NCBI GenBank assembly: GCA_016748015.1
Contig: JAAOMT010000094.1
Coordinates: 51,281 to 115,280 of the forward strand
From: Geosiphon pyriformis uo1
Lineage: Eukaryota; Fungi; Glomeromycota
Reading direction: 5' to 3'
DNA: 64,000 nt
Shown here: piece after piece, positions 1 to 14,555 of the stretch
How the letters are laid out: each line of letters begins with the position of its first letter
How positions within the stretch are numbered: position 1 is the first letter of the stretch
Made by a program: the position numbers and the translations under genes
The notes under the pieces: generated by a model
What the model was told of the DNA's origin: nothing
Database searches by the model: none
Seen by the model: only the letters and a program-made list of their open reading frames with translations

Positions 1-1240
1 CAAAACATTTTCTATATTCTTCATGAGTATTAAATTAAAAACTATTCAAATGCTATTCTAACTATTGAAAAACAGACTACTATAACTGATAACAATGGAA
101 CACATACTGTTATTAGACCAAAAAAAACCACTACCAGAAGTGAAAAAATTGGTAGCAAAATGAATAAATATCTGCTAGAAAGTATAACAGCTGTAATACT
201 TTTATCTTTTATCACAATTTGAAAAACAATTAAGAAAATCTTACCCATAAACAAAAACTTGTTATATGAAAGACAATTAGAATTCTATAGTCACCTTAGT
301 AAAATCATAAGATATAAATTTTATGAAAAAAACAACTTTAGAGATACAGGCAGAAATTTTGGGCATTATATGGTTAGATATTTTAAGAGTTTTAACTATT
401 GCTAAAAAAGCCAAAGCTCTTATACAAAAATTTGGTCTCTTGAATATAAAACTTATTTTGTCTCAAATATTATATACCTTATTTACTAAAAACTTTAATA
501 AACTAGTTAGCTTTGAATTAGACATACTTTTTATTAGTTATCACATGTATTAGTTACTAATGTTATATAATTAGCCACTCTATTTTTAGATAGTAATTAA
601 TAACTTGATTGTTGACCTAATTATTAATCTAATTATTGATTTGATTATTAACCACTTTCAATAGCTATATAAGCAATAAGTCTCTTAGTTGTAGAAAGAT
701 ATAATCAAAGTAATGAAATAAAACCCACTATTAATTACTTTTTCTCATATTGTTTATTCTCTTTTTTCTATCTTCAAATATCTAAACATCTTAAGATAAA
801 AGATTACTTGTTAGTATTTACATATCTTATTTTTTCTTCTTTTTAATTTGTATTATTAGAATTAGCCTAAGAAGTAATTGCTTGCTTTTGTGATTCATTG
901 AATAAAAAAACAATTGAAAAGCACAATAATATCTGTAATTGATTTTAAGAATCACTGAGTTAAAATATATAATAATAGTAACAGTATTATTTTATTAACA
1001 ATCATAGACTATTTTTCTACTTTCAGATTTCTAGAAAAAATTTGCAACTGTAATTTTTATAAGACTGATTACACATATTAAATTCTTACTTATTTAATTT
1101 GTTTCTTTATTGTAATTTTCTTATTGATTATTTTTATTACTCTATAATTCTGTTCTTTCTTGCTATCCATTAACTTATTATTTTAACTCATAATAATATA
1201 ATAAGTACTATTTTTTATTGGTTTATTTTTATGATCTGTT
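1..1240. repeat. Decayed repeat of unresolved class, truncated by the window start
   Basis: CpG-free, G/C-depleted texture like the neighbouring decayed TEs, with short ~12-bp degenerate repeats at ~600-650. No diagnostic motif recovered. Confidence 0.3.
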
Positions 1241-2878
1241 TTTTTTATTTTTTTATTTTTTTCCTGTATTTTTTTTTTATAAATAATAGTATTAATTACA
1301 ATAATGCAAAAAAAATTTTTAAAGTTAACATAATAGTTTAAATTTAATCAATATATCAAGTTTAAATTCTTAAAAAACATTATTGTATTATATTTTATAT
1401 TAGTTATATTCAAATTTCTTAAAAAACTATTGGTATAAATATTAATAATATTTAGGTTAATATTAAACAAATTTGTCTTTTATTAAAAAAAAATATTTAA
1501 ATTAAACATATTAAACAACTGAAAATATTCAATTAAAATATTCAGATAATAAATTGTTAAACTAAATTAATAAAAGATTTATCATAAAAATATAATTTTT
1601 TCTAATAATAAAAGTTTTTTTAGTTAAAAATATTATCTTTTTTAATATGTAGTTATTTAATAAAAATAATGTAAATTTTTTTAAGTAAATCTAATATATA
1701 ATAAAAAGTATTTAATTTAAAAAATTAAACAAAATAATATTTATATTTTTGGTAAATATATTTATATATTTGCTTAAAAAATTTTATAGTATTTTTATAT
1801 TTGTATTATTTTTTTGTTAGAATAAAAATAATTGCTGTAAAAATAATTTGGCCATATTTATTAATATTAATATTTTTTTTGTTTTAATAAAGTGTGATCT
1901 AATTATTAATTATAACAAAAAATTTTTAAATTTTTAAATAGTTTACCAAAAAATTAATTTTTATAAACACAAATTAAACAAATTTTACAACTTTAATTTT
2001 TAAAAACTAATTTAAGTTTATATATTTTAAAAAAAAACATATATAATAAAAAACAGTAGTTTTAATATAAAATATTAAAAAAATAAACCAATTAATAAGA
2101 ACTTTAACTATAATCATAAACTTAAAAAAAATAGCTTTTAAATAAAAATTAATAATAACAATATTTAGCTGTTTAATATTAAATTACAGATTTTTTGTAA
2201 AGTCAAAAGAAGTATTATTTTTAATAAGATATTATATTTATTATAAGTAAATTATTATTTAACAATATTAATATTAATATTTACAATTTTGGATTTTTTT
2301 GTATCTTGATTAATTTTGTTTAAATATTTATAAGCTTTAATGTTTTTTTAATTTTGTAATAATATCTGTATTTTTTATAATATAATCTTGTTATATATAA
2401 AAAAACTTATTTTAGAATTTTTTATAATTAGACTGTGCTTATTAATTAATAAAAAAAACAATAATAAAATATTAATAATAATTAGTATTAATAAATCAAG
2501 TTTTTAAAATTGTACAGCCAAAAAATATAATTAATTTGGTTTTAAATACATTTTAAAAAGCAATATTTTTTTTATTACTAAAAAATTAGCAAATAAAAAC
2601 AGCTTTAATAATTAAATTATATAATAGTATATTATTATAAAGCAACTAATTTTAGCTTAATTTTAAAAATATTTTTAATTTTGTCAAAAAAAAAAAAAAT
2701 ATTATAATAGTAAAAACAAAAGTAAAACAAATATTACAATAAATTTTATAATCTTAAAATCAATAAAAAAGTAATTTAACAAGTTTAATTTTGGCAAAAA
2801 CATTTAAAAAATTTTAAAATACAAATTTTATACAAGAAAAAAACAGAATATTTAATATTTTATTAAAGTTATAAAAAA

Positions 2879-5800
2879 CTTCTTTTTTTTTATGTTCAAA
2901 ATCTTTTAAAATAATAATAAAAAACTTATTTGTTAAAAAAGTTTTTTAACTATTTAGTTTAATATATTTAAACTATTTTTTGCTTAATTATAAAGCTGTT
3001 ATGAATCTTAATATTACAGTTATAAAAAAATCTGCCAGAAATTTTGGTTTTGTTATTACTAATAGAAACATTTTTTTTAAGAAAAAGAGAAGAAATAATG
3101 TGATTAATAAAGAGATGTTTGCCAAGAAATTAGTTGTTTTTAAAATTTTAAGATCAGTAATATTACTAAATTTAATAGTATTGATATGAAAAAAAGTTTT
3201 TATAAAAAAAACTAGTGTAAATTATGGCAAAAAAAATGTTTTGAACAAGAAAAGCTTAGACTTAACGTTAAAAAAAACTTAGATTGATAATTAAAAAGAC
3301 ATTAATAACAGTTTTAAAAAAGATCAAGTTTTTAAATAAGAATAAAAATAATGTTTTTTTAAATGTTTTTGTGGTTTTTTTTCTTTTTTTAAAAAATTTA
3401 GTTAACATATTTGTTAAAAAATATTTTGTTTTAGATATTAGTTTAAATACTATGATAAGAAAGTCTTTTTAAGAAAAATTTAAAATGATCAAAAATTTGT
3501 TTATAGATATTAATGATTTTAAGAGGACTTCCATTCTTTCAAAATTTGTTGAAATTATTTGTTTATTGTTTATTTTTGAATTTAGCTTAATACAGACAAT
3601 AAAAAAACAAAAATTGCAAACATTTTAGTAAACACTAATCTTAAAAAATTGGTTGTATGCTCAGATTAGACTGCAATAATTAAAAAAATTTTAATAGAAA
3701 ATCAGTAAAAACTGTATATGCTGTACTGTTTAAATTTGAAATAATTAAATTAATTAAAATATAATTGGTAAAACTGTAGCAAAAAGCTATTATTAAATTT
3801 GAACAATTAAATTATGCTAATTTAGTCAAAATAAAATGGTTTATCTTAATTAAAAAAATGCTATATAGATTGTTAAGACTAACAAAAATAAAAAAACATT
3901 AAATACTAAAGACAATAATAGAATGCTGTTTTATACTCTTTTTTTAAGAACAAATATACATAATTTTTAAAATTTTTTAGGATTTATTAATAAAAAACTT
4001 GTATCATAAATCAAAATCCAGTTATTTATGTTAAAACCAAATATACTGTAGTGTATTTTAAATTAAAGTTTGTATTAAATATTATTGTAAAAACAGCATT
4101 AGTGCTAAAAAAAACTAATCTGTATTGATCTTGTTTAGATTTAGCCAAGTGTGTTAAATATAAAAAATTAAGCCATATATTATTAAATTATGCTTTTAAT
4201 AGAAAAGTTTTTCTTGGTAAATTGTTTTATAAGATTTTTTTAAAAGCAGATAAAAGCAGATTAGTGACTATTTATGTTAAATAATTAGTTCTTATTACTT
4301 GTTCAATGTTTTTTAATAATGTGTCTTAGACAAAAATTGTTGATAAATCTTTGTTTTTCTTTTTTTATGGACAAAATAATTCATTAAAAATTGGTTTCTT
4401 TTTGAAGGTAAAGTTTTTTCTATTGGTTATATTAAACATTATAATAAGTTTACAGTTCTTAAATATAGTTATGCTAGTTTTATAGAACAAATTGATAAGT
4501 TGGCAAAAAGATTAAAAGTATTTAAGTTAATAATTTTTCAGTTATGCTTTAAATGTTAGTTATTGATGATTTTTTTATTATAAAATTAAAAAATAGATAT
4601 AACAATAAGTAAGAATTTATATGTAGTTACTAGTAATAAGACTGTGATAAAAAAAAGTTTTTATTATATCTTAGGATATTATTAGGTTGAAAGTAAGCAT
4701 AAACAATTTGTCTAATATAGTTATAAGTTTATTGGCCAAGATAAAAAATATTGATTTAAGTTTAAGCAATTCTTTCTATTAATAACTAATTTTGTTTAAA
4801 AAATTGCTATATATAATGTTTAAAGTATTAATGTGTTTACTAAACAAAAGAATATTGTTTGTTAGTATGTAAATTTAAATAACATAATTTTTATTATTAT
4901 AGAAACAAAATTAAGATCTAATATTAGACTTTAAATTATAAATAAATTTAATAAGATACAAATTTTTGTATTTAATTTGGATAAAAGTTTTTTTAGTGCT
5001 AAAGTAGCTATTGTTATAAACAGTTTTTTGGCTTAATATGTTTTAAAAGTAAAAAAAAATTCCTAATTAAATCATTTTTATTTAATTTTTGTTTAAAAAT
5101 AACTTTTTAATCATGATTTAGAGTCTGTATGCTGGTGTTTTTGCTAAAATCAAATTTAATCAGATGTTAAAAATCAACTTTTTTATTGTTAAGATAATTA
5201 ATTTTAGCTTTTTTGTAGTTTTGGGTAGAAATTTTAATAAAAATAAATTAAAAAAAAATGTGAGCTTTAGGTTTTGCTTGGATTTAGATTTATTCAATTT
5301 TTTTAATAATCATTTGTTAATTAAGACTTTTATATGAAACAACTTTAAAGATATTAAAAAATTATTAATTATATTTTTGTGAATAAAAATTTGTTATTTG
5401 TGATTGTTAATTATAGAATCTATTTTGTATCTGAATTTTTAATATTGATTATAAAGCAGTTTCAGTTTTGGTTGGTTTAGAAAATTTTTTAAATGTTTGT
5501 TTAAACAATATATATAAACAAGCTGACAAAAATTGTTAAAAGCTCAAAATAAAAAAAACAAACAAATCCAAATAAATATATTTTAAAAAGTGTTTTCTAT
5601 TAAGTTTTTATTAAAGTTAAGTAAATTTATAAATGTTAAAAGTTTTGATAATTTTAAATGTTATGTAAAAAGTGTTAAAAGAGATAATAATAAATTTGGC
5701 TAATAAAATGTTTTTTAAACATTGGTTTAATAAAATTAATTATTCAAAAAACAAACAATTTTCGAAGTTTTTTAAGTTGAAACTGTTAGTTTCTAAAATT

Positions 5801-7217
5801 GTTAAAAGATTAAGTTTAGATAATAAATCTGAGTTTGATTATTTTATCAAAATTTGGTTGTTTATTAATAGTACTAAGACTTTGAAGATTTATAACATGA
5901 TTTAAAATGATGTAAAAACAATAAATATTGTTAAGTATTTATCAATAGTCAAAAAAAATTATAGAAAATTCAAGTATTATAAATTAAAAACTATTAAGAA
6001 TATATTTATTAAAAAAATAATAAAAAAATGTATGAAAAATTTTTGTTTTAATAAAAAGCACATAATAAAAAGTATTTTGAAAAAATCTTTTTACAAAGTA
6101 GTTCTTGATTATTTAATGAAAAAAAAAGTTGATTTTAGAATTGAGTAAAGTAAAACTTGGAGTTGATAAATTTATAAAAAGTTGGGCAAAAAAGCAGACT
6201 GTGTTTTTAAAATTATCTAATCTGTAGTTTTGTTAATATGTATTTTTAAAATATGTAAATAATACTGCTTTCTTAAATATAATAAAAAAAATTAGCATAA
6301 ATAAGTTGGTTCTGGTAATTAAAAGTCTGTTTAATGGCAAAGCTGCTAATTTGTTTAATATATTTAATAAATTTTAAAAGTATTATAATAATATAATAAT
6401 AGAGTATCTATTGGTTCTAATAAACTTTTGTTTGATTTTTAGTAATATTTTAATTGTTTGAAAAAGAGCATGAGTTTTAATAATTTTTAAGTTTTACAAA
6501 TAGAATAGCATTTTAATAAATACTTAGTCTATTGCATTAATTAAAACTGTTAAAAAAATTCTGTTCAAGATTTTTTTAAATCAGATTTTATTAACTTATA
6601 GCAAATTTGGTGTTTTTTAAAATAATAATTTTTCAGTTTTAAAAAATATTTCAATTCAGTTTTTAGTGTTTGTTATTGGTTTAATAATTGAAAATGCTCT
6701 GAAAAAAAACAAAAAGTTTTGATTAGTATTATAAGATATACACAAAACATATAATTTAATTAAATAATATTATTTAAAAACTAGCTTGTCATGTATTAAA
6801 ATATATAATCAGTTTATTGAATATTTTAGCAATATATATAAAAAAGAAATAAACAGAATAATAACCAATTTTAGACTTTTAGAAAATTATAGAATACATA
6901 ATAAATTGAATTAAGATTAGATTTTTTTGTCTTTTTTTTATATAAAATTAAAAAACATAAATATTTGTGTAAATACTGAATTGATACTAGGTTTATAGCC
7001 AGAACTAACAAAATAAAAAACACTAAAAAAATCATTATTTTTTACAATAAATACTTTTGTTAATAACATAATTTGGATTAGAAGTAATTAAGCTATTATA
7101 CAATATATTTTGAATATAACTAGTAAATTTTTCAAAATCAATAATATTTTGATTAATAATAAAAAAATAATGGCTATTTTTATCAATCAAAATATAAAAA
7201 TAGCTTCTTTACATATA
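2879..7217 (+). mobile_element. LINE copy A, 5' part (5'UTR, ORF1, APE and most of RT), hypermutated
   Basis: Colinear with copies B and D after allowing C>T/G>A. The 5' end cttctttt.. follows an A-run. ORF1 F(A)LDI at ~3425; ORF2 start region at ~4780 (WKIATCNV-like); LGGDFNE-like at ~5221; LQDMRKAYD-like at ~6728; FVDD-like at ~7056. Breaks off at VASLHI (~7217). Confidence 0.9.
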
Positions 7218-10200
7218 GCAAAAATTTTTAAAGACTGATAAATTTCAATATACTTTCTATATAATTAAAAAAAATTTTATAATTCTTATATATAAATTCA
7301 AAACACTAAATATTATCAAAATATTTTACCAAGTTTATTTGGAATATTTAGTGCTTTTTATAAAGTTATAAAATTTACAAAGACAGAATACTTCAAAAAT
7401 TCACAAAAGTGATAATTATTAAAATTATATAAAAAGATCACTTACTATTTAAAAGAGTATTATATTACTATTTTAGGAAAAACTTAGAAATACTAACAGA
7501 AACCATTATTGCCAAAAGTGATTTTATTTATTACATATATGCTAAAATTAACTACTTATTAGGCTAAACAACAAATACAAAAAAACTTAGAAAGCAAATT
7601 TACTAAAATTTATTAGTATATTTAACTTTAATTATCACAAGAGCCATAGTCAAAATTTTTTTCTTAACTGACAAAAAAATTAAGTTATATATACAAAAAC
7701 AGTACTCTTAATTAAAAAAAAATAAACATTAAAATTCAAATTCAAATAATTTGAGTCTGATTTCAATAATAATACATAAATTATACAGAAAAGAATTCTA
7801 CTTATGGTCAATAAAAAATTGAAATTTTTCTTATTAACAACTTTTTTATATTATTAGATTTTAAAAAACAGAATTTTATTTAATTAACATATTAAATTAT
7901 AATCAAAAACTTTAAAAATTTTTGAAAATCTGTATTTTTGGAATTCTAACCAAAATTTTTGTATTAAATTTCTAGAAAAATACAGATTCTTGTTTAAAAG
8001 TCTTATTTTAGCAACCAATAATCTAAATAGAAGTACTTTTATTTAGACATTATCATTAGTCTAGTCATTAACTAAATTAACAACTATTTCCTTAGAAAAA
8101 ACATATGTATTATAATTTATTAAAGTAACCAACAAAAAAAACAACTAATCTTAAAATTAACAAAGCAATTAGACATATTTTTGTTAATATCTTTTTTATC
8201 CATATTTAAACAAATTTTATCACTTAAATTATGATTTACAAAGATATTACTAAACTGAAAAAATTTTCCAGTAAAGAAAACAATGTATATATATAAATTG
8301 TAAAGCTAAAAAAACAATTAAAGCTAATAATTAGAATAAGGTCAGAACAATCTAAGTTTTACTTTTTTTTTAACTAAAATTACAAACTTGTAATATTAAA
8401 GTTTTGATAAAAAACTAACTGACTTTGTCATTTTTAAACTTATCTTTTTATAGTACTTTTATGATTTAAATATATTTATTAAACTATAAAATCAATTCAA
8501 TATAATAAAAAAATTACAAAGCTGTAACTATTTATTTTGAAAGATTTAATTAAATTTTTTACCAAATTCAGATGATTAAAAGCAATTATTCTATTCTAGA
8601 TTAAATTCTCAATTAATTTATTAAGAAATTAAGAAGCAATATTTTTTAATCTATTAGATTTTAACATTTTAGCAATTTATAAAAAACAGTAATACTTGTT
8701 TATAATTTTAAATCAATAAAACAAGAAGCCAATAATACTTAAACTATTAATTTAACCATAAATAAAATCTTTAATATTGATATAAAGTTTACTCAATAAG
8801 TAAAAAATTAATTCAAAAAATTAAGAAATTTTTTGCTAAAAGTATAAAGACTTATTAGTCATCACAATATAAAAAAATATTAACAAATACTAACAATAAC
8901 AATATTAATAACAACAGCAGCTCTGAAAACAAAATTTTTATAATTATTATTATTGTTAAAAACTTAATTACATTACAAAAAATTGCCACAAAAAACTATC
9001 AAATCAGAATTATGAAAACCAATATTAGCAACAATTCAAATATTTATAATTTACAGAATTTTAATATTCTTTGTCTTCATATTAAAAATCTTAATACTTC
9101 TCTTAACTATTACAGAATTATTTTCAACATTCACAAATAATATTACAAACACTATTTTAATATTAAGCTTTGCTATATAGCAATCCAAAACTCCAAGCTA
9201 TTGACTATAATTAAGAATAACAAAGCAACAATAAAAACAAAATTTAATCTATTATAGTATTATTTCAAACTATAAATTATAATAATTTACTATTCTAAAC
9301 AACTATAACAGAATATTCAAACCAAACTTTATATCTTGATCTTATAAAAACTTTGAATTTTAATAATGCTGTATTTTTGAAAGAAAAAACTGTAATTGAA
9401 ATTATTAATCTGTTTTTTTTAACAACAATCAAGCTATCTTAAATACAATTTTTTTTATCACAATTACCAAAAATAATACACTTGCTGCCATATTTCTATT
9501 TGATATTAACAAATTGAGTTTTGTTAATTTTTTTAGTAAAACTGCTATTAATTAGGGCAAACTAATTATAATAATATATACTAATACTAAAATAGAACAA
9601 ATAAATATTAAACTAATACTTAAAAGTAAATTAACAAACAACATAATTACAAAACAACTTATAGATTAATTAAGTTACTAAATAAATAATACAACCACCT
9701 TTAAAATAATCATTATAAATAAAAATACCAAAACACTAATAGAAAAAATCCACTATTTTTTTTTTAAAATCAACAAAATCAAAATTTTAATTAAAGTATT
9801 TATTATAAAAACCATTTAGTATTAAGCTTTTATAGGAAATAATTGGTTAACTAAAGCTTATATTATGTTTGATTGAAACATCCAAGAATTTTAAATCACT
9901 TTTAACAGACAATATATTAGAATACTTATTATGTATAAATATTTTATAACAATAATTTTAAAATAACTTCTAATTAAATTCAAAAAACTTACTTTTCAGC
10001 CAATTTTAAAAACTTATCAAGTTTTTAAGCTGATAATTTCAAAACAGAACTATCACCATCTTCTATATGAGAAAAAAAAAATTGACAAAAAACTACAAAC
10101 ATTAATATTAGTCTACTTAATTCTAAATCAAAGAAATTAATTATATTAACTTCTAAAATTAATTTGTGCTAATTATAAAAAAAAGTTATTTTCAATGACT

Positions 10201-13069
10201 ATATACTTTAAAAATAATAAAATATGGCCAATTGCTACTAAATACTAATATTATTTTTGTGTATAAAAACAATTTGAATAACTAAAATGACAAAAAAATT
10301 AGAATAATATATTATGTCTTATATATAATAAAATCTTATCAAATAAAAAATTATGAAATAATATTTCTAATAAAGGAGAAACATATAACAAATTCTGTCA
10401 ATACACTATTTTAATCGATTATTAGACCAAAAAAAAGAACTTTTTTGCTATGGTTTATAGTTAAGTAATAAACTAACTGAATTTATATCTTTATAATAAA
10501 AAAAAATTTGGAAAATAGCCATTGTAAAAATAGAAAGATGTTATAATTAAAAAAATACATATTATAAAAAATGTCTTAATAAGCATAGAAAGATAAATAA
10601 TTTATTTACCAATAATTTTAAAGTATTTTAAAACCAGTATTAAGAATTTGTTTTTACTAAAAAAAAACCCAAAAACTGGCTGACTTCAATACAAAATTAT
10701 GCAATTATTGTTTAATTTCTTGTTATTTTTAGTACTATAATGAGTGTAATTTTTTATTTAATTTATCTTAATAAACACTTTATTCCATTCTTAAATTCGA
10801 AAAATCTAAGGAAAAATATGTATTAATAATAGAAAACATAATATTTTAAGAATTAAGTATGATTACTAAAATAAAACAATATTTTACTTATTCTGATCTC
10901 TTTAATATATTAAAACTAAAGTAATACAATAACAATAATAAAAAATTTGTTTCAAAAAAACACATACTAATAATATTAAATTCAATTTAAGATATTTCAA
11001 ACATTTTTTTATAGTTATAATATTTTATTTCTTTATAAAAATAGATCTAAAATTAACTTTATAAATTTTTATAAATATTATAATCTAAATTGCATTCCAG
11101 TTTAGTCTTGCAAACAAAAAAATTGATGTTAAAAAAAGAATAATTAATGCTTAATATATTGAAAATATAATTGTAATACTTTAAAACAATTTTAATAAGC
11201 TCTATATAATTAAATTTCAAGAAAAAATTATATAAGTTATCTTTTTACTTTTTGTAAAAATTTCTTAATTAATCTTAGTAACTATATAAAAAGAATTAAG
11301 TCTTACTATTTAAGAAATTCAAAAATTTAGGTCAAGTAAAAAAAAAATATACAAGCTAATTTTATGAAAAATACTAGTAACTAGGTAGAATATATCTATA
11401 CTAATACTATTATTTCTATTTTTTTAAATTAACAATATATTTTAAAGATTGATCAAAAAATTCAAGACTAAGTCTTATTATTTAAAGTGGCCTTAGAAAT
11501 CTGTTTTTTAGCTAATATCACAAATCTGTATATATCTGCCAAAGTTTATAAATATTTCAAAATCTCTATTTACAATTTTACTAAAGATGTTATTAAAATT
11601 TCTAAAAAAACTTTTATTGGTTTTATTTCTTCAAACATTCGAAATCTCAAAAAATTTTAATCTATTTTTAATTTTTATACAACTGTTTTTATTTTGCAAT
11701 ATTACTTTGCAAGTATAAAACCTGCCAAAAGAAAATTATATATTTATAACAAAAAAAATTGATAAACTAAACTTGGAAAATTTAAGTACTTTATAATAAA
11801 TACAACTTAAAATTTTTTTGAATCAATATGCTGATATTTTTGCCAATAAAAACAAATTCAAATATACTAATATTATAAAGCATAAGATTAACACAGAAGA
11901 TGCCAAACTTATTAAATAACAAGTCTACTAAGTAACTCTAATTAATAACAACTTAATTAAAAAAAAGTACAATGAATATTAAATAATAGATTAATCAAAA
12001 AATTACTAAGCTCTTGGTTTTTATCTATTATATTGATTACAAGAAAAATAAAAAAATCTGTTTTTGCATGAATTATTAAAAACTTAATAATATAATTCGA
12101 AAAAATTATTATTTAACTTCTTTTATTTAAAAAATTTTAAATAATCTAAAAAATAAAAAATAGTTTTTATTTTAAATTTAGTTAGTAGATATTGACAAGT
12201 CAAAATAAATTTCTTAAACAAAAAAAAAATAGTGTTTACTATCTAAGATAGAAATTTCAAATTTAATATAATGCTTTTTAAATTCTAAAATATTTTAGCT
12301 ACTTTTTAATGTTTTATGGATGTTACATACAAGAAATTTCTTTGGAAATTAGGTATAATATACTTAAAAAATATAAATGTATTTTTTGAAATCTTTAATA
12401 ACTATTTGTGCTATTTCTAACAAGTTTTTAATTATCTTAAAAATTCAGAACTAAAACTTAATCCTAATAAATATTTTTTTGAAAAAACTAAGTTAAAATT
12501 TCTGAAACATATTATTCACAAAAATAGAGTAAAACTAAATTCTAACAAAATTCAAAAGATTAAGAATTTTTTTGCTTTAAGCAATCTATAAAAACTAAAA
12601 ATTTTTTAAAACTGATTAAATATTACTATTGATTTTATTAAAAGTTTTTTTTAATATTGTCAAATCTTTCTATTATCTATTATCGAAACATGTTTTGTAT
12701 TTATAAAAAGCTGGTTAGCAAAAAACTTTCAACTATCTCAAATAACAACTTATAAAAACACTAAACTTAATTCATTCAAAGTTTAATAAACACTTTATTG
12801 TTATTATGGATACCTTAAAAAATGCACTAAAAGTTATTTTATTACAAATTAAACTTAATAATTAAGAACACTCAATTGTTTATATCAGTTATAACAATAA
12901 TTCTATTAAGAAAATATATAATGCTACTAATTTAAAATAGTTTGTCATTTATTGGATCATACAAAACTAAAAACATTACTTTTACTAACTATTTAATTTA
13001 TATATTAATTACAAATAACTTATTTAGTTACTTAACAAATTACAATTCAAAGAAAAATATATAAGATAA
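7218..13069 (+). mobile_element. Ty3/Gypsy LTR-retrotransposon internal region (gag-CCHC, protease, dUTPase, RT, RNase H); no LTRs or integrase; hypermutated
   Basis: Back-mutated motifs in Gypsy order: gag from ~8231 (KLEKFSG..LNQFIKGL); CX2CX4HX4C at 8945-8986; LILDSGS at ~9613; dUTPase 10960-11340; SPWSSP ~12009; FCMDYRKLN ~12062; LDLASGYWQV ~12172; MPFG 12271; YLDD-like 12361; FLGH ~12499; RNase H TDAS-like ~12800. Confidence 0.88.
10960..11340 (+). pseudogene. Trimeric dUTPase domain within the Gypsy polyprotein (decayed)
   Basis: All five dUTPase motifs appear in order with normal spacing after G>A/C>T reversal: AGFDL (~10975), ASRSSLA (~11092), GIIDAGYTGNI (~11138), KIAQAI (~11224), RG..GFGSSG (~11311). 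Confidence 0.8.
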
Positions 13070-14555
13070 ACTAAAAACACTAATGCTAATATTTTGTTAA
13101 AAATAACTTAAATTTAATCTTGCTTAAAATTTGAACAAATACTATTAAAACATACATAAATAGATTTTTAAATAGTTTAAAATTTAAGAGAATAGTTAAT
13201 AAAACTACTATATACTTTTTAGCTATAGACATAAATATTAGTATTAGTATATATAAGCTTTTATAATAGTTAAATTGCAAACAGTTGCTTTAGTTTTGAA
13301 ATATGTACCAGCTTTTATACAGTAATTCTATATTTGAATAGTTAAATAGTTATTAATACAGTGTTTTTGAATCAAATTTTACTATATTAAACTTTTGTAA
13401 TTATTGCTAAATTAAAAAAATGCATATTTTCAATTTAATTAGAAGCAAAAGTTTTTTGGTTAAATGATTAAAATTAAGAACTATTTGGAAATTCTGGATA
13501 ATGACAAAATTAACTTGTTAACAAAAAAAACTGTTTATTTTCTCTATTTTTTACTAAGTAGTATATATAATATTATATTATAATTAAATAAATAATAATG
13601 TTTGAAAATACTTATTATTTTGTTTGTAATTTGTATAAATTTATTTGTTATGCTTAGTAAGAAGCTGGTTCTAATTATAACATAATTTTTGGCTCACTAA
13701 TTTAAAAAATAAACTGGTTTTTAATTGTACAGATATAACATTCTAATTTATATATATTGTTTGAATTTATTAACAAAATTTCAATCAATTTGTATACATA
13801 TTTAATAAAACAATACACAAAAAATTATTGGTAACAGTTAAAAAAAGATTATATAACAAAACTTATTCTGGTGTTTTGTGTTTGTTGTATAAAAAAATGA
13901 AAATACTAGATTATGTATTTATTTATTCTAAAAATATTAATATTTGTAAGGAACTGCTGTTAAAATTTTCTAATTATTGAATATTATTGGCTGGTATTTG
14001 TATTTTTTATATCTTTATTGTGCTGTATATATCGTTTTTATATATATCTAATATAAAGTTATATACTATAATTTATAAAAATTTTATTTTAAAAGAATAG
14101 TTTTTGAAAGTTGTATTGATTTTTAAAAATAGAGAAAAAGTAGCTTTAGTTGTTATTAGATTTATAAGGCATTTAATAGAATAATACTATTTAAGAATTT
14201 GGCTCTTTAAAGCTAAGTATAAAATTAATATAGAAAAAACTAATTTAGTTAGTAATAATAATATAATGTCTGGTTTGTTTTGTGAATTACCAGCTTGTTT
14301 GTCAGATAGTGTAATTTAGTTATTAAAAGTTATCAAATCTTTTGCAATTAATTTTAATTGGCATAATTTGTGTTTTTTTTCTGATTTAGAAGATAAGATT
14401 ATTATTGATATAAATATATAGTGTTATTTAATTTAATCTAAGTAACTGATTATATATAACAAATATATAAGTTATATTTAGTTTAAACTTTTTAGTTTGA
14501 TTCTATGTACTAAATAGTAATTGAATTTTACTTGTTAAACTATAATAAAAAAAAA
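13070..14555 (+). mobile_element. LINE copy A, 3' part (RNase H, C-terminal CCHC, 3'UTR, poly-A), hypermutated
   Basis: ELQAVALALECVP-like at ~13272; LYNKTYPGVLCLLC..DHVF-like at ~13850-13925. The 3'UTR matches copy D's 3'UTR; A-tail at 14547-14555. Confidence 0.88.
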
